From the NCBI GenBank assembly GCA_965219415.1, contig CBDCNP010000002.1:3808001-3872000 (forward strand): DNA of 64,000 nt, written 5' to 3'. The translations under genes and the position numbers were made by a program. A model generated the notes under the pieces. That model was given only the letters and a program-made list of their open reading frames with translations, ran no database searches and had not been told where the DNA came from. The stretch is from Candidatus Marinacidobacterales bacterium (lineage in GTDB: Bacteria; Acidobacteriota; Vicinamibacteria; Marinacidobacterales; DATDRI01). Below are positions 1 to 11,224 of this stretch, piece after piece (within the stretch, counting starts at the first letter, position 1; every line of letters begins with the position of its first letter).

Positions 1-31
1 GCTAGGCCGTCTTAAGAAGCGTATCGAAAAC

Positions 32-2579
32 TTGATGGGGGACACCTCCGCGGTGACGGCGGAGCCCACCACGGAAGTCCCCGACCCCTCCTCAACACAC
101 GGGTTCGTCAAAGCGTCTCGGCAGCGGCCCAAATGGCAGCCGGATCCCGAGGTGGCCGAAAAACTAGCCCGCCGGGAAGCTCAGCGACGGGAGGTGAGGC
201 TCCTCCTAAAGGAAAGGATTCACAATCGCAGTGTCGTTCTAATGAGCGAGCTACGGAACCATCTCCTTTCAAAGATCCACAACTCCCTGGAGGAACATAG
301 TGGTCCGAAAACACTCAAAGGCATTCTCGAGATCACTTTGGATCCGAACTTCATTCGAACGCTTGACAAGAAAATCGACGCTGTGGCGTTCAAGCTCATC
401 GAAAGACTGAAGAGCGAGTTCCGAAAAGAAGAAGAAATTGATCCGCTGTTGCCGATGTCGAAGACTCTCGTCGGGGAGCTCAGGACATACCGAGACCAAA
501 TTGTTCGGACTCACCTACTCGACCAAGTAGAGGTCTTCGCTTTGCCGCAACTAGGGGAGGTCTTTCCAGAAGGTGGGGCGTCACCCGAGCAGCTGAAGCT
601 GGGTATCACAAACTATTGGAAGTCTTGCCACGATGCGGTCGACCTTTTTTCACGCCGTCGAGATGTCACTCCTGAACGGTACCAGAGAAGGTCTTCGAAT
701 TGACGCCACCGTTGTCCGAGAACGACTCCTCGCCGCGCAGTATCGCAATGGCTATCGCGCTCTCGGAGTTCGCCTAATTGAGGAGTATTCGCAAGTAGCT
801 CAGCTTCAAATGTCGAGAGGCAATCGCCTCGATAAAATGCGTCCCCAAATCGACCGCCAAGTCGTGGAGGGGATCATCGTTCCCCTGGCCTTCTTCATCC
901 GCGACCGCGCAGAGCCGGAGCCCCTGGAAGCGCTGCAAAGTCGAGCCGAGCTCTTTCGTGACATCGTAGACAAGATGGCCACTAGCGGGGATCCCTTCAG
1001 CCGAACGGCGGAAGCCCTGAAGCCCCTCTTGAGAAGAAGCATTGAACAAACCCGCCCTCTCGTGCTGGAGGCCTTTTCCTACCTTGCCGCTCCCATCGAG
1101 AGTCTAAAACCAACGGAAGTGCATCGTGCGACGGCCCTCCTTCACATGTTCGAGACACTCCTGAGACCCGATCTCGATGAGAAGGCGCTCCAAGCGGTCG
1201 AGCCGAAGGAGTTCGCGGTTCTCGCGAAGTCCGTGACTCAGCAATTTCGACCGACCGGCATCGGGGCCTACGACCGTCAGCAATCCATCGGCGCCCATCC
1301 GGTGCCGGTCGATCTCCCGACCGGCCTCACCGCAATCGGCTACCACCCGCACAAAGAGAACCGCCTCGAACTCTTCAGGAAAGAAGTCCGGGAACTCATC
1401 GAGACGGGCACGGCGCCGGATCTCCGCAAGGCGCTCGACTATCTCCGGCGTTTTCGTCGAGCGGTCGAGGAGCAACGCGTCAAACGAGGCCTAGTGGACA
1501 CCGAGACATCGCCCTACGTCGGCGAGATTTGGTTGAAGGAGTCCGAAGACATGGTCGGCATTCTTTCTTACGATGGTCCAGGGTTCGGCGAAGTTCCCAT
1601 CGAGCAGATGGTTCGTAAGCCGACCGGGGGAAACCATGCCGAGGTAGAACAAGCGCTCCGCCGGCAGCTCACGAATCAGGCGCTGATCTATAAAGCCTTC
1701 CACAATCTGTTCGTCGGCGAAAAAGACGTCGCTCTCTCCCACCGTCGGACCCTTCCCACTTATCTCAAGACTACCTACGAGAAGATCGAACCGAAACGAA
1801 ACACGCTGCTCATACACCTCCGCAACGCGCGTCTGCTCCTCAGGCGCATGGAGGAGTTTGCGGCGATGATTCTGGAGTCTCACCCTTCTGCCAAGAACGA
1901 TACCGTCGTTCAAATACTTACCGGTCTCGGCCGTAAAGTAGATCAGTTCCTGGCGGGAGTGGACAAGTCCTCATCCTCGAAAGATCTTTCACGGTTCGCC
2001 CGAGAGCACGAGCTCGTACTCAAGTACTTGAACACTGCCATCCTGCAGTCCGTCAACCCCTGGCTCGAGCGTCAGACCAGTGAGCTCGCAACCGAGTTCG
2101 AGTTCCGCGAGGAAGAAGTGGTGGAAGCCATTCGAGTGGCGGCGTTGGCAAATAAGATGGACTGGGAAGGCGTCACCGAGTGTAGGGTCAATCCGATCCG
2201 AGGCACGTTGGGGTGTCGGGCACTACTCAAGCTCAGAGATGGCGCATCCAAAGTGGTTCTTTGCGAATTCGATCGACGTTACCAGCGTTGGAAGGTCATC
2301 CACTTCGCACCGCTCGTCATGGACGTGGTCCGCGAGGAATTGGTTCGCCTCGGTCGTATCCTGCCACAGAAGTTCGACGAGAAGTTCGAGCAGGCGACGT
2401 TCAGTCTCGACGAACCGGCTTGCCGTTTCATGTTGAGGAAAGACGGTGTCACCCGTGTTGAAGCTACCTTGATTCTTAGAGCCCACCCCACCGGTCACGA
2501 ATGGCAGGTGGTCTACCTCAAATGGGACGACGAGGTTCTCATTGATCGCGCCAATCCTCTCGCCGAGCAAACCGCCTAG
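32..2579 (+). CDS. Large hypothetical protein (~850 aa), split by one apparent frameshift at the T6 run 645-650
   Basis: ORFs 32..703 and 633..2579 join as ...HDAVDLF/FHAVEMSLL...; no family motif recognised. Confidence 0.7.
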
Positions 2580-2629
2580 GTTCTTTGTTTTTGATTGGTT
2601 GACCTCCCCTTTTCACCGTATGATGCGGG

Positions 2630-5270
2630 GTGTCCCATCAATCGCCTCCGGCTTCCCCTCTTGGACACAGCGGTAGGTTTCTCCTTCTCCTTGCCTTCTT
2701 CCTAAGCGGCACTGCGGCTTTAGTCTTCGAGCTCATTTGGACGCGGCTCCTTCTCCTCTCCCTCGGGGCTACGTCGGCGGCGGTGGGTGCCGTCCTCGGT
2801 GCCTTCATGGGCGGCATGGCGATCGGAAGCGCTCTCGCCGGACGCAGTCTCTTCCTCGCCGTGATCCCATCATCACTTTTGCCCTGCTAGAGGGGTGGGT
2901 GGGACTCTACGGACTCGCTTCGCCCTATATGCTCCGTCTGGTGGGTTTCGTGCCTGCCGGACTCCAGTTCCCGCTCGCTCTGATCTTGCTTCTACCGGCG
3001 ACGATCGCGATGGGTGCTTCGCTCCCCATCCTCTCTCGCGCCTTCGGGCAGCACAACGACTGGCCGGCAACGGAGGTCGGGCGTCTCTACGCGGTCAATA
3101 CCGCGGGTGCAGTCCTCGGCCCGTTACTCGCCGTCTTTGCGTTCTTTCCGTCGGTCGGTCTCACGAGCACTCTCCACCTCGCAGCAGCAGCCGATCTCTT
3201 TGTGTTCGTCGGCGTTTTCGTCGGACGGAAGGCCTTGTCGGGCCTGTCGGGACTGACCGCAGCGGCGCCGACCGAGATCCTACCCGAACGCAACCGACCG
3301 GCGTTCATCCTTCTCGCAGCGATGGCGGTCTCGGGAGCGTCCGCCATGGTTTACGAAGTCGCCTGGGCCCGAACGCTCTCTTTGGTCTACGGCTCATCGA
3401 TCTATGGTGTCTCCATCATGCTCTCTACCTTTCTCTTCGGGATCGCTAGCGGCTCTGGCCTCGCGTCTTTGTTGCTGAGGGGAAGAACAAAGCCGGTTCC
3501 CTATCGGGTCACCACGTGGCTCTTGGTCGGATCGGCGGTCGGCGCCTTCCTGAGCCTGCTAGTTACTCGCAACCTCCCATTCGTCTTTCTCAACCTGTAC
3601 CGTTCGGCGCCTGATCGAGATCTCACTCTCTTCGCGACGCAGTTCGTGGTCGCGGCGGCGCTGATGCTCCCGTCGACGCTGTGCCTAGGAGCGATGTTGC
3701 CTGCGGTGATCGGCGCTCTTCCGGCGTCCAAGAGTGACTTAGGCCGGCGCGTTTCCTGGCTCTACACCGCGAACCTCGTCGGCTCTGCGACCGGCGCTAT
3801 CCTAGCCGCCGGCGTGTTACTCGGAAGCTTCGGCATCGAGCTCTCGGTCCGGGTGGCGTCGGTTGCCGCGCTAGCCGTTGCGGCGTTGCTCGCGGTGAGC
3901 TCTGACGGAAGGCGCTCCACCGTGCCCCTGACGGTTTCGATGGCGGCGTGCCTGATCATTCTCTCATTCGATCCCACTGGGGAGCTTTTAATCAAGAGTT
4001 TCGGCCTCTACATTGAACCGAAAAACCCTTCGCGTGATGCCTCTTCCCTCCGTGAGCTGGTCAATTCGCACCGGCTCCTTTATTACCGTGACGGTCCTAC
4101 CGCTACGGTCGCGGTGCAGCAGGTGGACCGCTTCATGCTTCTCAAGATCAACGGCAAGACCGACGCCTCGAACGGTCCGGGGGACATCACCACCCAACTG
4201 TTGCTCGGACATCTCCCGTTCATGGTCTCCGACGCGAGTCGGATCGCTGTCATCGGTTGGGGAAGCGACATGACTGCGGGAGCCATCCTGACCCATCCCG
4301 TCGAGTCGGTAGATGCTTTCGAGATCGAGCCTGCGGTGATCGAGGCCTCCCGATACTTCGAACCCTCCAAATACTTCAAACCCGGCAACGGGCGACCGTT
4401 GGACGACGAACGCCTCAACTTGGTCATGGGAGATGCGCGCACTAGACTACAACGCTCTTCAATAGTCTACGATCTGATCGTCTCCGAGCCCTCGAATCCC
4501 TGGATCACAGGAGTTTCAAATCTTTTCACTCAGGATTTTTTCGAGATCGCTTCTTCCAATTTGAAACCCGACGGAATACTGTGCCAGTGGTTTCACCTCT
4601 ACGGCATGTCCGAAGAGTCCACGCGTTCGCTGCTGGCCACGTTTCGCAGCGTGTTTCCACACACTTTGGCTTTCAAGGATCGTGATCTCATCCTTCTCGG
4701 TTCCAAGAGTCCGATCCGCCTTTCTATGTCGCGCATACGTCGAATGCTCGCAGAGAGTGCTACTCGAAACAGTCTTTCGCGCGCTCAAATCGACTACCCA
4801 ACCGACGTGCTGGCGGCGCTCCGTCTCGACGCAGACGGAGTCGCGGAGTTCTCTCGGAATGCGCCCTTCAACACCGACGACAATATGCTGCTCGAGCTTT
4901 CAGCGCCGCGCAGTCTGTACCGCGATCGCAGCGAGGCCATTCGCGCAGAGTTGAACCGTTATCCGCCTTCCGCCATGGACGTCCTCACCGACCACGAATC
5001 AGAAGGTGACATCTTGCTCGAGCTGGCCGCCTCGTACTTCACCGATGGAAGGAAAGAGCAGGCACTCGAAGTGTGCGAACGCGCACTGGCGATTCACGAC
5101 TCCTTCGAAGGACAGAAGTTGCTGGGTCAGACGCTGCAAAGCATGGGGCGAACCGACGAGGCCCGACGCGACGGGCATTGCAGAAGGCCTTGCATCGCGA
5201 GGACGGCGACGCCCAGGGAAGGAAGTTCGTCCAAGCTCTCCTACGCTCGCTGGACACGACTTCCGATTAA
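2630..5270 (+). CDS. Fused multi-TM membrane domain / spermidine synthase-like methyltransferase with C-terminal TPR-like helices; apparent frameshifts at ~2850 and ~5170
   Basis: FFLSGTAALVFELIWTR, GRLYAVNTAGAVLG, LKINGKTDAS, DLIVSEPSNPW and NTDDNMLLE motifs; C-terminus continues in ORF 5073..5270. Confidence 0.8.
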
Positions 5271-5299
5271 CATCGCTTCCAACTAACAACCGGCTTTAG

Positions 5300-6441
5300 G
5301 TGATGAGAGCTTCTTACTGGCTGATCGCACTGATGGTCTTGGTGCAGGGAGGTCAGGGTCTGACGGCGCGGGGCCAATGGATCTTCGACAGCAAGGGCCA
5401 ACCGCACGACTACTCTTGTGATGCGCTTCGCTTCGGCCTCCAGCCATCCGGACTCGCGTGGGATGGTGAGATCCTCTGGGCGGTGAGCGATCAGAGCTCG
5501 AGCTGTCCGGGATGTCTTTTTTCGCTCCGTCCGGGCTCGGGAGGATCCAGGCGAGATGCCCTTTTTCTAGACGATGATGGGATTCGGATCGTGTACCAAG
5601 GCCGGGAACTCGTCGTCGACGGCGAAGGGATCGCTCTGTTGAATAATTCAGCGGACGAGCTTGTCTTCGCGGTGGTGCTGGAGGAAGGCTACGAGAAGCA
5701 CATCGGCTGGGCAACCGACGAGCGAAGCCCCGGCGCGGCGTTGGTGATCCGCGTGAACCGTGAGTCGCGCGCCGCAACGGTGTACGCGGTATGGCGTTTC
5801 GAGCTTCCAGAAGGGAAGGCGGTCCGCCCCTACAAGGGGGACAGGAACCGACGGTTCGAAGGCATTGCCGTCGACCGGAGCTCCAGGCGAGGTTACTTGG
5901 CCTACGAGCAAGATGAAAACGGTTCCCCCTCGACTTTTCACTTTCGAGCTTCCCCCCTAGCCGGCCGACTCCGGGCACGGAGGAGATTTCGGTCTTGCTC
6001 GAAGCGGTGACTTTCAATGTCGATTCGGTGACTCGCGGAGCTCCAGGCGTTGCGATGAATTTCAACGACCTGGCTTTTCATTCTCCGAATCACCTTCTCG
6101 TTCTGTGTCGGGATCGCCAGTTACTACTAGTCCTGGAGCTCGTTGACCCAAAGACCGCTCAACTCTCCGCCCAAATACCCCTCGACCTGCGCTCTCCTTT
6201 GAACCAAGAGATCGTGTGGGGAAGTCCGGAGGGAGCCGCTATCGCCGAGGAAACGAACACTATCTTCATCGTTAGTGATCCGGATCCCAGGTGCGGCGGG
6301 AATTGGAAAGCGGCCACGGCGAGTGAACTCGACACGCGCCAACGCGTGGCTGAAGCGTACCTTTTTTCCCAGTTCGTGCCGCTTTTGTTCGAGCTCGAGC
6401 TATCTGCGATGGGCGAGGATTTCCCTGTAGAGGTCCAATAG
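5300..6441 (+). CDS. Secreted beta-propeller protein (SdiA-regulated / phytase-esterase-like), frameshifted at ~5930-5960
   Basis: Signal peptide; repeated blade motifs PSGLAWDG, DGEGIA, FEGIAVD, SPEGAAI, IFIVSDP across ORFs 5300..6010 and 5995..6441. Confidence 0.55.
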
Positions 6442-7665
6442 ACTCCCGACTCTTTCCGACCAACTGAAGTCCGATTCTACGCGGAGCCTTCCCACCTTCC
6501 CGAACGAAGCCAATTCTTCCCCGAGAGACAGGGCACGAACCATTGCCTCCCCCAGCGCCTCTACCTCACCCGGAGGAACGAGAAACCCGCTCTTGCCTTC
6601 TTCGATCTTGTCCGGGATTCCACCGGCGGTGGTTGCCACGACCGGCTTTCCATGCGCCATGGCCTCGAGAGTCACCAAAGAGCTTCCCTCATAGAGTGTC
6701 GGATGGACGAAGAGGTCCGCACGCCCATAGAGGGCGGATAGCTCTTCATCGGAGACTCCTCCGGCGAAACGAGTGCGGTCGGTAAGTCCCGTTTTCTCGA
6801 TCCGCTCTCGTAAACTGGACTCGGTCGGGCCGGATCCGACTAGGACCCAGACCCAATCACTCGGAAGTCTCTCTCTGACTCGACCCAAGGCATCCGCCAG
6901 CACTGAGAAACCCTTGTAGGACTCGAGACGCCCAACTGAAAGCAAAACGGGCATGGAGGGTTCGAGACCCAGGCGTCGGTAAAGCGCTTCGGTCGCCTCG
7001 TGTGAAACCGGACGATCGATTTCCTCTAGGTCGATCGGCGTTGGCAGGATAGCAGCCTGAGCAGGCTCGATACCGAGGTACCGGCGAACTTCCTCCATCA
7101 TGACTTGGTCCGGTACGATGACTCTCTCGGCGCGGCGGGCCGCGTAGCGTCCACCCGCTCGCAATGGTAAATATCCGACTCGTTTCAGCCCCTGGGCCTT
7201 GAACTCTTCCATGCCCACCGGATGGACCACCATCGGCGGATCGTCCCTTGTTCGCGAGAGCGCATAGCCGAAACCGGCTGCTCCTTCCGCCTGAACGATG
7301 TCAGGCATCTCAGTGGGCCCGGCCATCATGCGGCGAGCCGCACGGACGCTCCAGGCGAGATAATTGGTGCTCCGATCCGCGATCACGAAACCAGATCGGC
7401 GAGGCCAAGGAACGATCCGGTAAGGTACGAAACGAACCCGCGCGCCCTCGAGAAGTTTTTCTCCTATAGAAGCCGCATCTGCGGGTGGAGCCGGGGGGCC
7501 AGCCGTCGAAGCCGGAGGATCAGCCGGCGGAGCCGGGGGTGACGTATAGAGCGTCACCTCGACCGCGTTGCGGACCAAGTGTCGCACCATCGCGCCCACG
7601 TGCCGCTCGAAACCTCCCACCCCGTGAAGAGGGTGAGCGACGCGGGAGATCACTGCAACTTTCAT
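6400..7665 (-). CDS. Glycosyltransferase family 4
   Basis: GGFERH, VGRLESYKG, EGSSLVTLEAMAHGKPVV. Confidence 0.9.
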   Translation of the reverse strand: MKVAVISRVAHPLHGVGGFERHVGAMVRHLVRNAVEVTLYTSPPAPPADPPASTAGPPAPPADAASIGEKLLEGARVRFVPYRIVPWPRRSGFVIADRSTNYLAWSVRAARRMMAGPTEMPDIVQAEGAAGFGYALSRTRDDPPMVVHPVGMEEFKAQGLKRVGYLPLRAGGRYAARRAERVIVPDQVMMEEVRRYLGIEPAQAAILPTPIDLEEIDRPVSHEATEALYRRLGLEPSMPVLLSVGRLESYKGFSVLADALGRVRERLPSDWVWVLVGSGPTESSLRERIEKTGLTDRTRFAGGVSDEELSALYGRADLFVHPTLYEGSSLVTLEAMAHGKPVVATTAGGIPDKIEEGKSGFLVPPGEVEALGEAMVRALSLGEELASFGKVGRLRVESDFSWSERVGSLLDLYREILAHRR

Positions 7666-8864
7666 CGTTCGTCGATTACCCGACGGTAGAGCTCCTCGAG
7701 GCGAGGGAGAACGACTTCCTTGGAGAACCGATCCCGCGCCCTTCTCGCGGCCCCTTCCTGCAAGCGTGAAGCGAGCCCGGGGTCGTCGAGAACGCGTTTG
7801 AGGGCGGCGGCCAATTCGGAAACCGTGCGGCCCAAGAGACCGCTTTCTTGGTCGACTACCATCTCGTGACTACCCCCGGTAGGCTGCACAATCAGAACTG
7901 CCCCCACGCCGAGGCCTTCCAGCAACACGCGCGAAAGAGGCTCCTCCCATCTGGACGGGAAAAGGACAGCGGAAGCCCGTTTCATGAGCAGAAGAGCCAT
8001 GTCCTCGCTCACCCAACCGAGCAGGTGCGCGTCGACTCCCAATCGCTTCGCTTCTTCACGCAAAGAGCGCTCCAGGCGACCGCTCCCGGCAATCAGGAAG
8101 GGCAAATTCACACCAGACTCGTGCATGATCGAGAGAGCACGATCCGGCGCTTTGTTCGGCTCCAGCTTGCCAATGAAAAGCACGAATTTCTCCGGAAGCA
8201 TGGGCGAGGATTTCGCGAGAGATTGCTCCATCGTTTCGAAGTCGACCACATTCGGCATCACGGAAGCGTTCGTTGATGGGAGCAACTTCTGCACATGATC
8301 GCTCACGGCAACGACCGCCGCCGCTTCTCGGAGGGTCTCCTGTCGCCGAGCGATCTCGGCACCCACTTTGAGAGGAAGCAAGGGTGCCACCGGCCAGAGA
8401 AGTGGATAGCGTCGTCCGACACAAACGACTCGCCGGGCGTAACTGCAACCCGGGCAGCGAACTTCACCCGAAAGCATCGTGGACCAAATGCACACCGGCC
8501 AGTAGTCGCGTACGGTGACAACGACGGGCAAACCGGTTTGGCGGCTAGCACGGATCGTGGCACCCGCGGAAAGCCAATGCTGCGCATGTGCTAGATCGAA
8601 CCGTTCATCCCATCCTTCCAAGAAGGAAGCTAAGTTCGCCTCCCGGCGGGAAGCACTCCCGAATGTTGCCGGTCCTACGCCGACCTCGATCACCTTCGTT
8701 CGTTCCCATTCTTTCTCTTCCTGTTTCGGACGATCCCATGGCTTGCTGACCACGACCGTCACATCATGTCCTCGGCGAGCAAGCGCCCGGGTCAGTACCG
8801 CTGTGGACTGACCGCTTCCTCCCGCTCCAGGAGGAAATGCGTCGGTTGTGATGAGGATCTTCAC
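7662..8864 (-). CDS. Glycosyltransferase family 4 (start re-assigned to GTG at 8864)
   Basis: VKILITTDAFPPGAGG start overlaps the upstream stop (GTGA); RDYWPVC, EEPLSRVLLE. Confidence 0.85.
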   Translation of the reverse strand: MKILITTDAFPPGAGGSGQSTAVLTRALARRGHDVTVVVSKPWDRPKQEEKEWERTKVIEVGVGPATFGSASRREANLASFLEGWDERFDLAHAQHWLSAGATIRASRQTGLPVVVTVRDYWPVCIWSTMLSGEVRCPGCSYARRVVCVGRRYPLLWPVAPLLPLKVGAEIARRQETLREAAAVVAVSDHVQKLLPSTNASVMPNVVDFETMEQSLAKSSPMLPEKFVLFIGKLEPNKAPDRALSIMHESGVNLPFLIAGSGRLERSLREEAKRLGVDAHLLGWVSEDMALLLMKRASAVLFPSRWEEPLSRVLLEGLGVGAVLIVQPTGGSHEMVVDQESGLLGRTVSELAAALKRVLDDPGLASRLQEGAARRARDRFSKEVVLPRLEELYRRVIDER

Positions 8865-10042
8865 GCTGCGGCACCCGCGGTGACTCCGGCAAGGACTCGT
8901 TCGAGCGCTTCGCAATGCACCTGCCAACTGAAGAGGGAAACGATCCGCTGCCGCGCCGACTGTCCCATAGCTCTGGCTCGCTCGGGAGAGCTCACCAATT
9001 CGCCGATCGCCTCGGCGAGCCGCTCGGTGTGGTTCTCCGGAAACAAAAGGCCTTCCAGCCCCGGCCGTACGATCTCTCGCAACGGCTCGATGTCGAGGGT
9101 TATCACCGGAAGCCCGCTCGCCATGTACTCGAATATCTTGAGCGGCGACCAGTAGAAACCGAGCTGCAGTTGTCCGTGAAGCGACGGTTGATAGGGAGCA
9201 ACGCCGATGTGGGCGCGTGCCAAATAGTGAGGCATCTCTTCGTACGGCACCGCGCCGGTGCAGTGAATACGAGACAACACCCCGAGCTCCTCGGCGTGCT
9301 GCTTCACCCTGGCAAGCATCGGCCCCTGGCCTATTAGTAGGAAGAACGCGTTGGGGGCGCGCTCGAGAACTCTCGCCGCAGCCCTTACCAAGAGCTCCGC
9401 TCCATGCCACGGACGAAAGCTACTCGAGAAGACGACTACGCTAGCGTCACCGGGGATAGGGAGCTCCCCTGACGAACCGGAGGCCGTCACACTGGGGTGG
9501 AAGACGTCTACGTTCGCTCCCCAATGAACGGGATGGACCTTTTCTCGAGGCACCGAGCGAGGGATAATCGTGGGAAGAGGAGTGACCAGCGCCGAAGCCT
9601 TTCGACAAAGATCTTCGCGCACGGCTTTCAAAGAACCGAAGAGCACGAATCGGTCGAGCCATGACTTGGCTGAGCCCGGGTGATCCACGGCCGGAGAGTT
9701 CACTTCGAGCACCGACGGCACGCCGCGGCGATATGCCGCGCGAACACCCTCGCCGCCGAAGTTATAATAGCGCTCCAAGACGACCTCGACCCCGAGTCTA
9801 TCGATCAGCTCTCCGACCGTTTTCTCCGCTGTCCAACGGAAGAAACGGTGAGGCAAGAACGGTCGCGCCGGATGAAGAGTGAACTCCGTTTCGGTACTAG
9901 GAGACGGTCCGTCACCCCTTCGAGCAACGACATGCACCTCGTGACCTCGGCTAGCCAGCCCGCGCGCTACCTCCAACACGTGGACCGATCCCCCCGTCGA
10001 TCCAGGAATCGTTTGGTCTGTGGCGACGTAGAGAAGTTTCAC
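8861..10042 (-). CDS. Glycosyltransferase family 4
   Basis: GGSVHV, LEVNSP, SFRPWHG, SPLKIFEYMASGLPV. Confidence 0.9.
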   Translation of the reverse strand: MKLLYVATDQTIPGSTGGSVHVLEVARGLASRGHEVHVVARRGDGPSPSTETEFTLHPARPFLPHRFFRWTAEKTVGELIDRLGVEVVLERYYNFGGEGVRAAYRRGVPSVLEVNSPAVDHPGSAKSWLDRFVLFGSLKAVREDLCRKASALVTPLPTIIPRSVPREKVHPVHWGANVDVFHPSVTASGSSGELPIPGDASVVVFSSSFRPWHGAELLVRAAARVLERAPNAFFLLIGQGPMLARVKQHAEELGVLSRIHCTGAVPYEEMPHYLARAHIGVAPYQPSLHGQLQLGFYWSPLKIFEYMASGLPVITLDIEPLREIVRPGLEGLLFPENHTERLAEAIGELVSSPERARAMGQSARQRIVSLFSWQVHCEALERVLAGVTAGAAA

Positions 10043-10054
10043 AATTTCACAATT

Positions 10055-11224
10055 TTACAGAGCACGGAGGAGCAGAAAAAACGGCCCGGTGCGGACGCGT
10101 CCGAAAAGAGCCACATCGAGGCGAAGAAGTGACGTAGCTAAGGCGAGAGGTGCGTGGGCCCACCGCCCCACGTTAGGCCGCTCCGCGCTCGGCTCGCTCG
10201 CGCTTTCGGATGACGATGCGTTCGCCTTCTGACCACGCCGCCACACGTTGTGTTCCACAAGCGGAAGGAAAAGATCCTCGATCACGGCCTTCATGACGAC
10301 GTTGTAGTAACGGATACTCTCGATACGAAACCCGGAGTCCGCCAGGATACTCTCGAGCTGCTCGTAGCTCTTGAGCGCGTTTACGTGGTCGGACTTGCGG
10401 TCGCGCTCTGGCTTATTGTCCACCAGCCCCTTCCCGTCGAGCCACGCGACGAGACGATTCACCCCGCGCTGAAACCCAGCCAGGCGCGAGCTCATCATGA
10501 CGTGAGAGTAGACGAAAAAGAGTCCTCCGGGACGTAGAATGCGACGCGTCTCGGCGAGCATGGCGCGCACGCCGTCTTCCGGTAAATGTTCCATCACGTC
10601 GAGCGAGTAGGCCTTGTCGAAGCTACCGGTGACGAATGGAAGGCGGCGAATGTCGCCACGCGTTAGATCGACCGTGGCGGCGGCCTCCGCGGCAAAGTGC
10701 TCTCCCGCATCGATCCCCACCATCTGCGCGCACCTCGCTCTCTTGAAGAATACGACGCGACCGTTCCCGCAACCGACATCGACCACGCGGTCTTTCGTCG
10801 AGAGCCCGAGCATGCGCGTCATCATATCCGTCTTGATGCGGGCAGAAAGAAAGAGCGGGCGCAGCGGCCCGGGACGATGATGAAACTCCTCTTCGGCATA
10901 CTGGGTGAGATCGGAAAAGGTCCCCTCGGGAGGTCGCATGTCGAGGAAGCCTTGTTCTTTCGAGAAGGAATACGAGGAGCCGCAACATGCGCAACGCGCG
11001 CCGCCCTCGTCGAGCGTCAGCCTCCTCTTGGACACCATGCCGTCGGGACATCTCCAGACCGCAGAGTAGTGCGCCAAGCATAGAGCGTGGTCAGGCCTTT
11101 CGAGGCCTCCCAAGGCCTCCACCGCCTCGCGGCACGAGCCTTCCATATCGGCTGATGTGGTGCGCGACGGCGCCTCGATGCAAACTGGGCACCGCGCCAA
11201 CGAGAGGAGGTATTCCGAGATCAC
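10055..11224 (-). CDS. Class I SAM-dependent methyltransferase with Cys-rich Trm112-like N-terminus
   Basis: VVDVGCGNG, LPFVTGSFD, VMEHL, RILRPGG; N-terminal CPVC...CACC. Confidence 0.85.
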   Translation of the reverse strand: MISEYLLSLARCPVCIEAPSRTTSADMEGSCREAVEALGGLERPDHALCLAHYSAVWRCPDGMVSKRRLTLDEGGARCACCGSSYSFSKEQGFLDMRPPEGTFSDLTQYAEEEFHHRPGPLRPLFLSARIKTDMMTRMLGLSTKDRVVDVGCGNGRVVFFKRARCAQMVGIDAGEHFAAEAAATVDLTRGDIRRLPFVTGSFDKAYSLDVMEHLPEDGVRAMLAETRRILRPGGLFFVYSHVMMSSRLAGFQRGVNRLVAWLDGKGLVDNKPERDRKSDHVNALKSYEQLESILADSGFRIESIRYYNVVMKAVIEDLFLPLVEHNVWRRGQKANASSSESASEPSAERPNVGRWAHAPLALATSLLRLDVALFGRVRTGPFFLLLRAL

